A DNA stretch of 63,800 nt, filler included, from Reclinomonas americana ATCC 50394 (lineage: Eukaryota): the NCBI GenBank assembly GCA_048213135.1. It is 17 parts of 17 records of this genome, joined end to end, with 100 filler letters (N's around TTAATTAATTAA, not from the genome) between each part and the next. Parts side by side here need not be neighbours in the genome. Positions count along the whole stretch, not along the records: positions 26,683 to 35,666 come from AFZH01024333.1; positions 35,767 to 38,751 come from AFZH01024334.1; positions 38,852 to 43,804 come from AFZH01024335.1; positions 43,905 to 45,805 come from AFZH01024336.1; positions 45,906 to 47,133 come from AFZH01024338.1; 12 more parts are not named here. The stretch is one strand, 5' to 3'. Below, piece after piece: positions 34,321-45,989 of this stretch (within the stretch, counting starts at the first letter, position 1; each line of letters starts with the position of its first letter). Below the pieces are notes generated by a model. That model was not told where the DNA came from, did no database searches, and worked only from the letters and a program-made list of their open reading frames with translations. The position numbers and the translations under genes were made by a program.

Positions 34321-34785
34321 AATGGCTGCGTCCGAGGCGGTTGCGGGGCGGAACAAGATGCTCTCAATACATCTCCGTCGTCCCCCACGAGCCACCTCTT
34401 CCTTCGCTGCCAACACGCTTCATCGCCCCGTCAAGTGCCGCGCGCACCACAGAAATGTGCACTACTCTCGCCACCCTCCGAGAAACGATGCTCGTGGCAC
34501 CGCTGTCGTAGCCCGCGCCACGACCGCCCGTATCTCCCACAAGCGCGGGGAAGGCGGAGGAGGGCTGACCGACGACAACGGGACCCACGCCCCACCGACG
34601 AATGGAGGGAAGGAGAGAGAAAAAGAGAGAGAGAGAGAGAGAGAGTAGAGGACGCGACGAGCGAGAGCTCCACGCTGAATGGCGGCGTCCGCAGTGATTC
34701 GCAGGCGGCACAGAGATGCTATCAATACATCTCCGTCCCCCTTATCACCACCTCACTCGCTGCCAAACACGCATCATTGCCTCTG
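34321..34785. repeat. Imperfect direct repeat of about 110 bp (34321-34430 vs 34678-34785)
   Basis: Shared AATGGC.GCGTCCG...AGATGCT.TCAATACATCTCCGTC...TCGCTGCCAA blocks. Confidence 0.7.
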
Positions 34786-35940
34786 CCGGTCATCGCCCGC
34801 AGTGGTGACGATTCACTCCCCCCTGATGCACACCAAGAAGCGACGCACAAGTGACACAGTCGTTGTACACCCGAGCCACAACCAGCCTCTCGTGTTCTCC
34901 CACAGGAGAGAGACACTCCGACGCTCACATTGCAATCGCGTGCCCGGGGTAGGGGTGCGCAGAAGGAATGGCGACGGGAGGTGGTGTGGTGGGTGTGTGC
35001 GGTGAGTGGGACGCCCCCTGTGTGTGCGTGTAACCCACAAGACCCTTGACGCGCTCAGACATCAAGAGTCGACTCGGGGGAGGGCGTCACCCCCTAGAAT
35101 GCCATACACCGCTGACCGAGAGCGTCCAGTGGTTGCCCCCTGAACGCCATCGGTGCCTGTCCAGCGGCAGGCCAATAAATAGTGGCACGCAACTCCCGTG
35201 AGACTTGGTGTACACCCGGCAGTGCCACCAACGAACCCACGAGAGCGGCTGGGAACGCAGACAAGCAGGAACCCAGCAGGCCGAGTGGTGCCCCCCGGGC
35301 TTCCCAAGCTCAAATACGTAGCACATGGACCACTCACGCCCGGGTACGCAACACACATAGCGCCCACCACAACAGAGACCGCTGCTGCCAAGAGCCAAAG
35401 TGTGTGGAAAGGAAAGGAGAGGGAACCCAAGAGAATCGGTTGAAAGAGCACACGGAGCCGCTCCCTCCACAAAGACACAGGCACCAAGCTCTGTGTGTGC
35501 AAGCCAACTGGTGTGGGCGGGGACGCCATAGGCCACCCTCCCACGCAGAGAGGCGACTCAAGTGTGCGCGGTGCAGAGCGAATCCAACCGATCATTCCCC
35601 TCCTCTTTCACCCTCCCACAAACATGTATGTGTGTGTGTGTGGAGCGCGTAACGCGATGCCACACGNNNNNNNNNNNNNNNNNNNNNNNNNNNNNNNNNN
35701 NNNNNNNNNNTTAATTAATTAANNNNNNNNNNNNNNNNNNNNNNNNNNNNNNNNNNNNNNNNNNNNGGCCGTGTACTTCGATATCACAATTGTCTTTCAT
35801 CATGCACACAGCACGGTCTCCATTATCGAAGAGCACATGAGAAAGCAGAGTACGCGAGGTATCAAGAGCAGTAAGGACCACCTTAAGCTCTTCGTCCTTG
35901 ACTAAAAGTACGCGGGATTTTGTGTTGTGTTGGACGAGAA

Positions 35941-38515
35941 ATGCGCGCTGCTCTCTTCTTCGTGCTTCTGCTGGCCACGGTGGCCTGTGCCTCGGCCACT
36001 GGCGCTCACTGGGCCGTGATTGTCGCCGGCAGCAAGGGATACGACAACTATGTGCGCACACACCCTCTCACACACACACATGCACATGCTCTTTGTCTCA
36101 CACGCTCTCACGCAGCGCCATCAAAGCGACATTTACCACGCGTATCAGATGCTGCATGGTGTGTGTATGTGAGAACGAGTGCAAAATAGAAGCACACACA
36201 CTCTCTCACACACACGTTTTCTCACAGCCAATGGCATTCCCGACTCCAACATGTTACGATCTCGTCACCTTATTGTTTGTTCTCTCATGACACTGACATG
36301 CCATGCAACAACAACAATCACAGCATTGTGTTCCACTATGATGACATTGCCGACAGCATCGACAATCCGCACAAGGGCACTGTGATCAACTGTTGCGTGT
36401 GAGCTCACTGTGCTTTCCTGCTTCACAACGTGCCCACCGACCCCCGTGCGCGTATGCGTGTGTGTGTGCATGCAGATCCTGGAGTTTCGCATGCTTGCAC
36501 AGTTGTGGCCTCGTTGTCTGCGATGCTTGTCTCACACTGTGATGGTGCAGGGTCCGAACGAGTACCCAGGTGTGCCGAAGGATTACACGAAGCACCTGGT
36601 GTCGCCGGAGAACTTTATGAAAGTGCTGACGGTGAGCCAACTTCCCGTTCTTTTCTTCCGTCTTTCGTGTCTGCTTTGCTTACGCATTCCGTCCGGTGCA
36701 GGGCCAAGTTCCGTCGGGCGGCACTGGCAAGACGTTGAAGGTGCTGTTCATCTTCTCCTCCCCCTTCTTCGTCGTGTGTGCGTGTGTGCCAATGTCTCCT
36801 CCCTGCAGTCGGGCCCGAATGATCGTGTGACGATTTACTTTGCGGACCACGGCGCTCCGGGCCTGGTGGCGTTCCCCGGCACGTTTTTCCACTCGCAGGT
36901 GCTGACGGTGGAGCAGCTGATCAAGACGCTGAACACTATGCACCAGCAGCAGATGTACAGCCAGCTGGTCATCTACGTGGAGGCGTGCGAGAGTGGCTCG
37001 ATGTTTGCCGGTCAGACGCTGCCGCCCAACGTCTACGCTGTCACGGCCGCCGATCCGGACGAGAGCGTTGCGTGCGCTTGTGCACAAGTGATGTGATGTG
37101 AGCGTCGCACTCTGTTGCTCACCCTCGGGACACTGCAGAGCTACGCCTGCGATTACGACTCCAAGTTCCATGTGCGTGCCGTGCTTTGTCGTTGTGTGTC
37201 GTGTTCGTTTCTCATTTGTTTGCCATGCACGCGCACAGACGTACCTGAATGTGAGTCGTCGGCCCTGCTCATCTCGCCCACACGTCTCTCCTTCGCTTAC
37301 ATACTCCTCGCTCCCCAGGACTGCTTCTCCATTGACTTCCTGCTGAACACCGAGAAGGAGGTGTCGGACTCGACGTACACGCTGCAAGAGCAGTTTGTGG
37401 CCGTGCGTGCCAACACCACCGAGTCGCACGTGTGCCAGGTGCGTCAAAAGTCACATTCCTTTTCGTGCATGTCTTCACTTTGCTGAATGCGCGTGTGTGC
37501 GTCACAGTATGGAGACTCGTCGATGGCCAGGTGCGCGTTTTCATGCCATGTGCACCCCCCCCTCCCCCCCCCCACCCCCTCGTTATTTATCCACTCAGCA
37601 AACAATTTTTCCGTCATCGCACAGCTTGCCCATCAGCGACTTCTTCTCCAACGCGCCGTTCTCGCGCGCACACCGCGCTGGTGAGCATGTGTATGTGAAC
37701 CCGATTTGCTTCTCGCACAATTCTCACCTATTCCCTCTCTCTCTCTCTCGCTTCCAGCGCGCCGACGGGCCACCCGCACGCCGCCTGCCAATGCTCGCGA
37801 GGCTGCTCGTCGCGCCCCTGTGCCGTCGTGGGTATGTCTGTGTGTTTGACGACCAAATCAAAATGCCTTGCGTGTATATATTTCTCACGACCATTCTCGC
37901 AGGATGTGGAGCTGAAGCGCCACCAGTTCATGTATGAGGATGCGACGTCTGAGGAGGAGCGAGTTTCGCTGTTCTCCACTCTGCGCAGCGCGCATCGTGC
38001 TTTTTTTTATCTGAATACCCTCTGTGGGGCTGATGCAGTTGGTGATTGGCGCACGCCTGGCGGTCATCGAGGAGCACCGCCGTCGCGTAGACCTCACGTT
38101 TGGCATGCTGGCGGTCGATCTGTTCGGCATCGAGGGCGCCAAGGCGCTCGACCAGCGTCGTGCTGGCGACGACGTGTGCACCACGTTGCGTAAAGGATTG
38201 TTGTGCTGGGTGCACACACCTCATGCCTCATAATATGTCTCCGCCATGCAGCTCCACTCCGGTGGACACCAACTGCATGCTGTCGGCGATGAAGATGCTG
38301 GACAGCGCCTGCCCGGGCGACGACAGCCTCATGGACAACACCTACGGCTTCAAGTACGCTCGCTTCCTGCGCCAAGGTGAAGGAACACAACTGAGTCGCA
38401 GTGTTACTATTCGTTCATCACCTCCTCACAAGTGTCTTTTGTGGCAGCATGCGCGGCTGGCTTCTCCGCGGCGCACATTGCGCAGACGGCGGCTCAGCGT
38501 TGCCAGCGTCAGTGA
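35941..38515 (+). CDS. LGMN: Legumain / asparaginyl endopeptidase (peptidase C13); multi-exon
   Basis: Signal peptide; HWAVIVAGSKGYDNYRHQSD; GVPKDYT; catalytic DHG and EACESGS; ESSYAC; SHVCQYGD. Confidence 0.92.
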
Positions 38516-38636
38516 AACGCCCGCACGTGCCATTGTTGTTCTTTCTCTCTTTTTCCCCGCCTTCTCATCCCTCCCTTAGCTGGTGAATGAAGACCTCTCG
38601 AGAGCTCGCTGGCTGACCTTGGCAGATCAGTTCTTT

Positions 38637-38718
38637 GCCTATCACGCACGAGATGTGGGTTCGACTCCCGCCCGGGGTAACTTCCTGATACCCCGGTGGT
38701 GTAACGGTTAGCACACGT
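38637..38718 (+). tRNA. Circularly permuted tRNA gene (3' half 38637-38679, 5' half 38690-38718), anticodon ATC; Asp- or Val-like body
   Basis: Reassembled ACCCCGG TG GTGT AACGGTTA GCAC A CGT|GC CTATCAC GCACG AGAT GTGGG TTCGACT CCCGC CCGGGGT A folds into a complete cloverleaf. The flanks are mutually complementary. Confidence 0.85.
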
Positions 38719-38922
38719 TTCCTTCTGATCGCCGCACTTCAGCCGCAGCGANNNNNNNNNNNNNNNNNNNNNNNNNNNNNNNNNNNNNNNNNNNNTTAAT
38801 TAATTAANNNNNNNNNNNNNNNNNNNNNNNNNNNNNNNNNNNNNNNNNNNNTCGACCATAGGGCACACTCGCCTCCAGGTCGACGCACTCGACACCGGTC
38901 ACCCACCTCCAAGGCACCCTCA

Positions 38923-41051
38923 ATGCAACCGTTGAACCTGGAGTTGATGACATTGGACGACATTGAGGCGCTGGGTCTGCCTCCCGCCGAGCGTGTGCGT
39001 GCCACCATTCGTCTCTGCAAGATCAACCCCGACGAGCACGTTCGCGTCATGCGGTACATTGATGGTTTGTGTGCTTGTCAGTTTCCAGGAAACGGCATTT
39101 TTATGAGTCTCACATTTTGCTTTGCAGAACCGACTCCACCACTCCCCTCGTCTTTCTCTGCTCCCGAATCGCCCCTGCGCAGCCACGCCGACGACATTGT
39201 GCAACGGAATGTGGTGGCCGTCGCACAAATACCGCGCAGTCCGGATGCGCGACAGCAGCTGGTGGAGAACAAGGTGGGATTCGAATGGCATGCAGTCGTT
39301 GTCGCCACATCAGCACTCACCCGTTGTCGTACTCGGACAGGCTTCGATGTTGCAGGAAAGAGTGGAGCGGTGTTTGCAGTCAAAACAGTTGCTCGACGCC
39401 TCTCGCACTGCACTTCTGCAGTCCATGGTGGAGGAGACGTTTGAGCGGCAAGCCCTGGTACGTGTGTGAAGAGGCAATACATCTCGTATGTGTTGTGCCA
39501 GGAGCCAATTGTGGTGTTGGTGCATGCAGGCGGCCGAGACGCATGAACGGATGGCATTTTTCCGACGTGCCCGTCCATCGATTCAGCTGTGGATGCGTTT
39601 GTGCTGCACGCTGCGCCGTCTGGAAATGCTTGGATTCGCGTTGACGGTACAGCCACTTCCTGCACGCCTTACAGTCGCGTCCCCACTGTGGCATGTTCTC
39701 ATTCTTCTGCCCAAAGCATCACCGCGAAGGAAAGGCACTCCAGACTCGAATCTGGTGGGCGGTAATCAAACTGCAACGCGAATTCTATCCGATTGTGCGC
39801 GCCCGACGCCTGCTTCGTGTGGCCAAGGCGAAGCAGACGCTTACGCGGTTCGCTCAATGCAGCCCGCACCAACCCTGCATTCGTAGCTTCTCACTTTAGT
39901 GTGGCGCATCTGCAGCAACCTGTGGAGGTTCCGCTTGTGGCTCCGTATCGCCATCAAGCGGCGTGCGACGCACATCATTCGCGTGCAAATCGTCGCCTAC
40001 GTCAAGTGCAACCTGGTTTGTCACATTTGGTTCGGAGCCTTTCTTGTTTGCCGTCAGTATGGCTCACCAGCTTGGACGTGCACATGCGCAGTGGGTGGCC
40101 TCCGCACATCGTTTCTGTTCTGCGGTGCATTTCATGAAACGCTGCATGCAAAGCGTGGTGCACTCGAGGTACGAGCTCCGATGCTTCCTTCCTCCTTCCT
40201 CCTTCCACTAACACCTTCCTCTTTCCTGCGCAGGCGAGCACAACGAGCCATGAACGTGCGCAAGTGCATTCTGCTGATTGGTATGCTGCACCGTACTGGC
40301 GAGTATTCGCACTTGGCCGCCGACTGGATGGACACACCGCCGCCCTCAGTTGCATCATGCATGCTGCTCTTTCTTGTCGGTGGCGTATTCCTTTGCAATT
40401 TGTTTCTCACAGTTGCCCGGTGCAGTCGGATTCCACTGCACCACCAGTGTTGCCGTCCGTGAAGCGCCTGCGGCTGAGTTTCGACGACGCGGCACGGTTC
40501 AGGCAGCTCCTGTCGTCTCGAGCCGCCCCCACGTTCCTCTTCACCAGGAGCATGATCGACAAGGAGGTTGGCGTGCGAGTCTCGTACAGCAGGAAAGAGT
40601 ACTGTCGACGGTGGGTCGAATTCAACGCACGCCGCAAGGAGCGCATGGCCGAGCTTGTGGTACGCAACCCTGTGTTACACTGCTCCTGCGTGCACTGTCG
40701 TCGCAGTCCTCACCATGCTCCTTGGAACTTGTGCAGGTGGAATTGGCGGCCGCCAGGGAGCACGAGCGGGTGCGGTCGTTGCTGGCAGGGGACAGCGACG
40801 GTGGCGGTGACGACGGTGGCGACACATCGACGGTGCTCGACGATCGTGCCAAGGCTCGAGAGGCGAGAAGTATTGAGGTCGAGGCGAGCGTGTTGGTGGA
40901 ACAAGAGATTGAGCCGCCGGTCAACCGCTACGTGCTGACGCTGGCCGATTTTGCGGCTGTGATCAATAATCTCACCGAGCAGGCCGAGACAGCACTGAAA
41001 GCAACCGCAGAGGGACAGCAGGATGGAGAGGGACAGACTGCTGCAAGTTAA
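38923..41051 (+). CDS. Uncharacterised multi-exon eukaryotic protein (basic/coiled-coil, IQ-like stretches)
   Basis: Exon-like blocks separated by short GT-AG introns; no recognised family. Confidence 0.45.
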
Positions 41052-41179
41052 TTATTGTAACGCAATAACAGTGCAAACACTGGGGGGTCGTCGGTGCAGC
41101 AGTCAGAGGAGACAAGGAAACAGGAATGATGCGGGCAAGGCAAAGGCAATGCAGGCGAGGCAATGCAGGCGAGGTTCGA

Positions 41180-43802
41180 CTAGTGGATACTTGACAGAAT
41201 ACGATTGATCACGGCCACGCACTCCTCGTGCGTCATGATTCGCCGACATGGTGGGGGCGGGCACAGGGCTTCGACAGAAGACACAGCTGCACGACGCAAC
41301 ACTGTCAACTCGTCGTGGCTGAGGGCGTCGGCAAGCGACGGGTTGCGGCCATTGTGCAGAGCCGAGAGAATCTTGACGCGCTGGGCCTCGCGCAAGAACC
41401 GATCCTGGGCGAACCAAGTGTACATGTGAGAAGACGACGACGACGACGACGACGACAACGAGAAGGTGCTGACGGACGGCACACGCACCGAGGTTTCACG
41501 TAGCCGCGATCTCCTCGACGTTTCCCATTCGCGCAGTGCACGCAAGTATGCCTGTCGTCGCTTCAACACTTCCGCACGCACCAGGCGGCGAATGACAACA
41601 CTGAGTGCGATCGTTCCCAGTCAGTATCGACTTGTAAATTTTCTCTCTGACAAGGCTGACGTAGTGGGGGACGCAACTAGGTGACTTGATTGGTCGGCGG
41701 TGGTGCGCCGGCTGAGTAGCCAAGATCTTCTCGCATGTTGGTGAATGTGTCTTCGTCCATACAGGCGCGTTCCATGAGCTTCTTGAGCGAAATCTGTTCC
41801 ATTTTCGAGCACAATGCATGTCAGCACTCACAGCAGCACTCGAAGGCGACAGCAAGCATCGCACCGTGCACGCTCCGTCGGTCCAATCGGTCTCCACATT
41901 CGAGTGAATGGAGAAGCGATGCAGAATGCTCAAGTACGCCACCACTTTGGCGTGGTTGACGGCGATTTGCGCACGACTGCAAAACGAGTGTGAAGCGCTG
42001 GCCAGCTAGCAACAACCTGCGTATGGAGATGCATCTTGCACGCACCGACAGAGAACAAACTCCCGACTGACGCGCTGCGCCGTGCGCACAGTAAACCTGA
42101 ACTGCTTCACTGCAGCGGCAAACTGGTTTTTTTGACTTAGGGTGCTACTTTTAACAAAAGCAGCAAAACGAATACTGATCACTCACCTTGCGCGTGCCGA
42201 TCAAATTAATCAGGAACTTCTTGATAGTGTTGGTTGCTCGACGTTTGCGTTGCACTCGGGCGCTCAGCAACAATCTCCAAAAGTTCCTGCACCACGAGAC
42301 ATAATATGAGAGTGGGCGCAGAAGCGGCAGTGGTGTTGACGAAAGGACACTCTTCTCACCGATGAATGCGAACCGAGGCAAACAGCTTCACACGGCATCG
42401 CCATGCACGGAATCGTTTCCACAGACGTCGTTGCAAGACAAGCGCCGCTTTCTCGCGTCGCTCCATCCAGTAGCGCAACAAGCGATCTCGCTTGAGGGCC
42501 TCCGACATGACGGCGGCGCGGCGCACCAGAACCAGCATAGAGAACCAACTGCGAAACACGGGTCGCAGCCGTCGCAGCCATTGCAGGTGCTCCTTTCTCT
42601 CTTGTGCCTGTGTAGGTTTCCATGAGTGTCCACAGACGTGATGGTAAACACAAGCATGACAGCACACACCTCTTGCAATTTGACGGCCGACCTCATGACG
42701 CGGTTCTCGCGGTCTTGCAGACGCGCTCTCTCGTGCTCCTCATGTCGCTCCGCAGCTGTGGCCAGACGTCGATGTGTCTCGGCGATGGCGGCATCCAGGT
42801 GCTCCTGACGCAGCCGCGGCGTCATCTCTTGCACACCCTCGGTGGCGTTGCGCTTGACAAAATCAATGCCACTCGGCAGCGGTCGCTGGCGCTTCTCGTC
42901 CAAGAACTCGGCTGTGCGCACCACAAGTCAGTCGAGTGCAAATCATTTGCGCGTCTCTTTCCCCACGGTCCACGCACCAACACGAGCGCACAGCGCGCGA
43001 TACTCGGTCGGGTTTTCACAGTAATAGCGGCAAGTTGCTTCGACACGCTCTTGCAACGACTGCGGTTGTGCCGTGGCTGCCAAGCGCTCGCTCGGCAGCA
43101 TGTCATTCATGTCTTGCTCACGCGTCGTCGGACGACTTGATGCGTTGCGTTTCCCATGTCGACTCTGCGGCACGTTATCTGATCGGGTGCATTGCCGGTG
43201 AGCATCGCTGCACATCGATAAAATAGTCGTGATTGCTCTGACTCCTACCGTGATTAGTTGTTCGCGGAGCCAGCACGGTGTGTGCCGAAGCTTGCATCGC
43301 CTCCACTCGCTCTGCAGAGTCATCGGTAAGCAACTGATGTGCACTATTTCACTTGCGAACTGAACGCAACGAATAATGGCCAGCATATCCATCGCCACAA
43401 TGTCGCGATCGCGCGGAGCTCTTCGACTCAGCGGAACCTCTCGCGGGGTGTGCGCTCGGGGTGGTTTTTGTCCACTTACTGGTCGCGACACCACCTGCAC
43501 GTCAGTGATGAAAGTGGACGATGCCGCCGATGCGTCTGCGCGAACAGTGTCAGCCATCAATCGCCGTCACCACCACACATCCCAATCCAAGCACGCACTT
43601 GATCCTCGCTTCATCTTGTCGAGCACGAGTGGCGGGACTCCGTTGGCGCTGCCGGTCGTGGCGATGCTGCCGCTGCGTCGGGAGCTGTACTTGCCACTGC
43701 TCCTGCTGCGATAGTCGTCGTCCACGTAGTCACCTCGCGTGCGGCGTCGGCCTCCGCTGTCATCTCCGTCGTCGCCATCTTGCTCGCTGGAGTCATCATC
43801 AT
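41180..43802 (-). CDS. Uncharacterised multi-exon eukaryotic protein (coiled-coil, IQ-like 'AALVLQRRLWKRFR')
   Basis: Exon-like blocks with splice signals; boundaries uncertain. Confidence 0.4.
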
Positions 43803-43912
43803 CGNNNNNNNNNNNNNNNNNNNNNNNNNNNNNNNNNNNNNNNNNNNNTTAATTAATTAANNNNNNNNNNNNNNNNNNNNNNNNNNNNNNNNNNNNNNNN
43901 NNNNGTCATTGC

Positions 43913-45250
43913 TCATCGCCTGCCCTCGAGCACGGCCCAGAGCTCCATTTCGAGATCGGGCCAGTCACCGGAGAAATGCATGCCGATCGAACTTGCCGTG
44001 CTGAACTCCGGCCAGAGCGGCGAGGTGCGGTCGAGATAGAAATAGACGTGGTCGGTCAGCGCCCGGATCTGGGGCGGCGGCGTCGGCAGGTGGACGAGAT
44101 TGATGCCCGGCAGATGGGCATGGACGATCTCGTTCATCTTGGTGTTGGGGCCGATCTTGAACAGATGCGGGAACTGCGACTGGATCTCGGTGAGGGGCCG
44201 GCGCGCCGCCACCTCCAGGACCAGGGTCGCATTGCGCATCAAGGCGCGGTCGCGGATCGTCGACATGAAGGCGTTCTGCGCCCGCTCGACGATCTCCAGC
44301 CGGATGGCGCGACGGCCGAGCTGGGCCGAGAGGAAGTCCTGGATGTCGCGCACCACCGGGGTGAAGCAACCCTCCAGGTCGTCATGGTCATAGGCCGGAT
44401 AGTCGCGGGCGCGGCGCTCGGCGGTGGTGAAGGTCGCAAGCTCGCCGGCAATGGCGAGCAGCGTGACGAACAGGCGCTCCGGGTGGACGAAGCGCGAGCC
44501 GCGCATGTGCTTGAGAACCGGGATGTGCCGGTTGAGCAATTGCAGGATGAAATAGTCGGCGCTCTGCAGGCCGCCGCCGGCGGTCGGGTCGGCGGCGTAG
44601 CGGGCGAGCTCCTCCAGCTTGTTGTCGATCCAGCCGATGACGCGGTCCATCCAGCCGTCGACCACCGGATGGGCTGAGCAGAGCAGCACGGGCGGCGCGA
44701 ACTTCTCGTCGAACAGGATGGCGCGGTCGCGCACTTCGAGGATGCGCCCGAGCGCCAGGCCGACATAGCCGGGCTTGCTCGTCTTGCGCAGCTCCAGGCC
44801 GAAGCGCGGATGGGCGATATCGATCTCCTCGTCGACGCGCAGCGAGGCGGTCGAGTCGATCAGCATCTCGGTCGCCGGATAGAAGCGGCTGGCCGAGCCG
44901 TTCAGGCTGTCCTCGACCTCGCGGGTATTGGAGGCGGCGAGCGGCAGCGACAGCCAGGCGATCTGGCCGGCGGCGTTCTCCGGCACCTCGATGGCGGGCG
45001 GCAAAGGCGAATTGTCCGGCATGGCGAAGGGCGTGCCGTCCGGCATCACGCCGACGGCGCGCCGCAATCCGATGCGGCTCTGCTGGGCCAGGTCGCGGTC
45101 GATCTCGAGCACCGAGAACCCCCACGGATAGGGCGTGACGTGCCGGACGCGATTCTCCAGCAGGTTCTCGAGATAGCGATCGTTCTGCTGCAGATGATGC
45201 GGCCGCAGGAACAAGCCTTCGGACCAGACGACCTTACTGTACCACGACAT
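43913..45250 (-). CDS. tssK: Type VI secretion baseplate subunit TssK (ImpJ/VasE)
   Basis: MSWYSKVVWSEGLFLRPHHLQQNDRY...YPWGF; HPERLF; YDHDDL; FKIGP. The stop overlaps an ATG (MSND...), probably the start of tssL. Confidence 0.95.
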   Translation of the reverse strand: MSWYSKVVWSEGLFLRPHHLQQNDRYLENLLENRVRHVTPYPWGFSVLEIDRDLAQQSRIGLRRAVGVMPDGTPFAMPDNSPLPPAIEVPENAAGQIAWLSLPLAASNTREVEDSLNGSASRFYPATEMLIDSTASLRVDEEIDIAHPRFGLELRKTSKPGYVGLALGRILEVRDRAILFDEKFAPPVLLCSAHPVVDGWMDRVIGWIDNKLEELARYAADPTAGGGLQSADYFILQLLNRHIPVLKHMRGSRFVHPERLFVTLLAIAGELATFTTAERRARDYPAYDHDDLEGCFTPVVRDIQDFLSAQLGRRAIRLEIVERAQNAFMSTIRDRALMRNATLVLEVAARRPLTEIQSQFPHLFKIGPNTKMNEIVHAHLPGINLVHLPTPPPQIRALTDHVYFYLDRTSPLWPEFSTASSIGMHFSGDWPDLEMELWAVLEGRR

Positions 45251-45449
45251 CCGGTTCTCGCTATCTCAAGGCCTATCCAGAACACTATACGGCTCGTTCC
45301 CGAGCGTCACCATTGCAATGTCATCGCTGCTTCCACCATTGCTGGCTTCAGGGCGGATTTCGCCACGCGCTGCGAAATCATCGCAAGCGGGCGCAGATGG
45401 TTGTAGCGTGAGACGCAGCCGACGGGCCGTCGCCTATTGGGGCAGCAGG

Positions 45450-45805
45450 ATGAACCAGAACCAGGTGCCAGATTACGATCGCAGCGGTCGGTTCCCGATC
45501 GACGAGGATGGCTGGCAGGTCGTCGATCTCAACCGGATGCTCTATCCGGGCGGCCCGCATGCCCTGCGGGTTCATGCGCCGGGGTTTCCGGCATTCCATT
45601 TCGGCTGGCGGTTCTCGACGAGCAACCCGGCTCCGACCGACAACCGCATCGTCGCCTCGCATATCGGGGCCAAGCTCGGCGGATCGCCATTGCCGCGGGT
45701 GAGCTTCACCCCGGCCGTTCTCGCGCGGATCCAGGAGCGTCTGCGCATCTACGCCATGCTCCACCCGGTGCCGCTGTTCGGAGAGAGGATCACCGGCGTC
45801 GATTT
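45450..45805 (+). CDS. Hypothetical protein divergent from tssK, 3' truncated
   Basis: ORF with high GC3 codon usage; no recognised motif. Confidence 0.55.
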
Positions 45806-45989
45806 NNNNNNNNNNNNNNNNNNNNNNNNNNNNNNNNNNNNNNNNNNNNTTAATTAATTAANNNNNNNNNNNNNNNNNNNNNNNNNNNNNNNNNNNNNNN
45901 NNNNNGCGCCGCCTTCGACGAGACGCCGCGCGAGATCGAGCCGCGCTCCATCGTCACGGCGTTGAATGCGCTGGTGAACTGAAGGCTGC

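Noticed and set aside
32955..34511. 518-aa plus-strand ORF
   Set aside because: It is antisense to GC-rich gag, low complexity and has no motifs.
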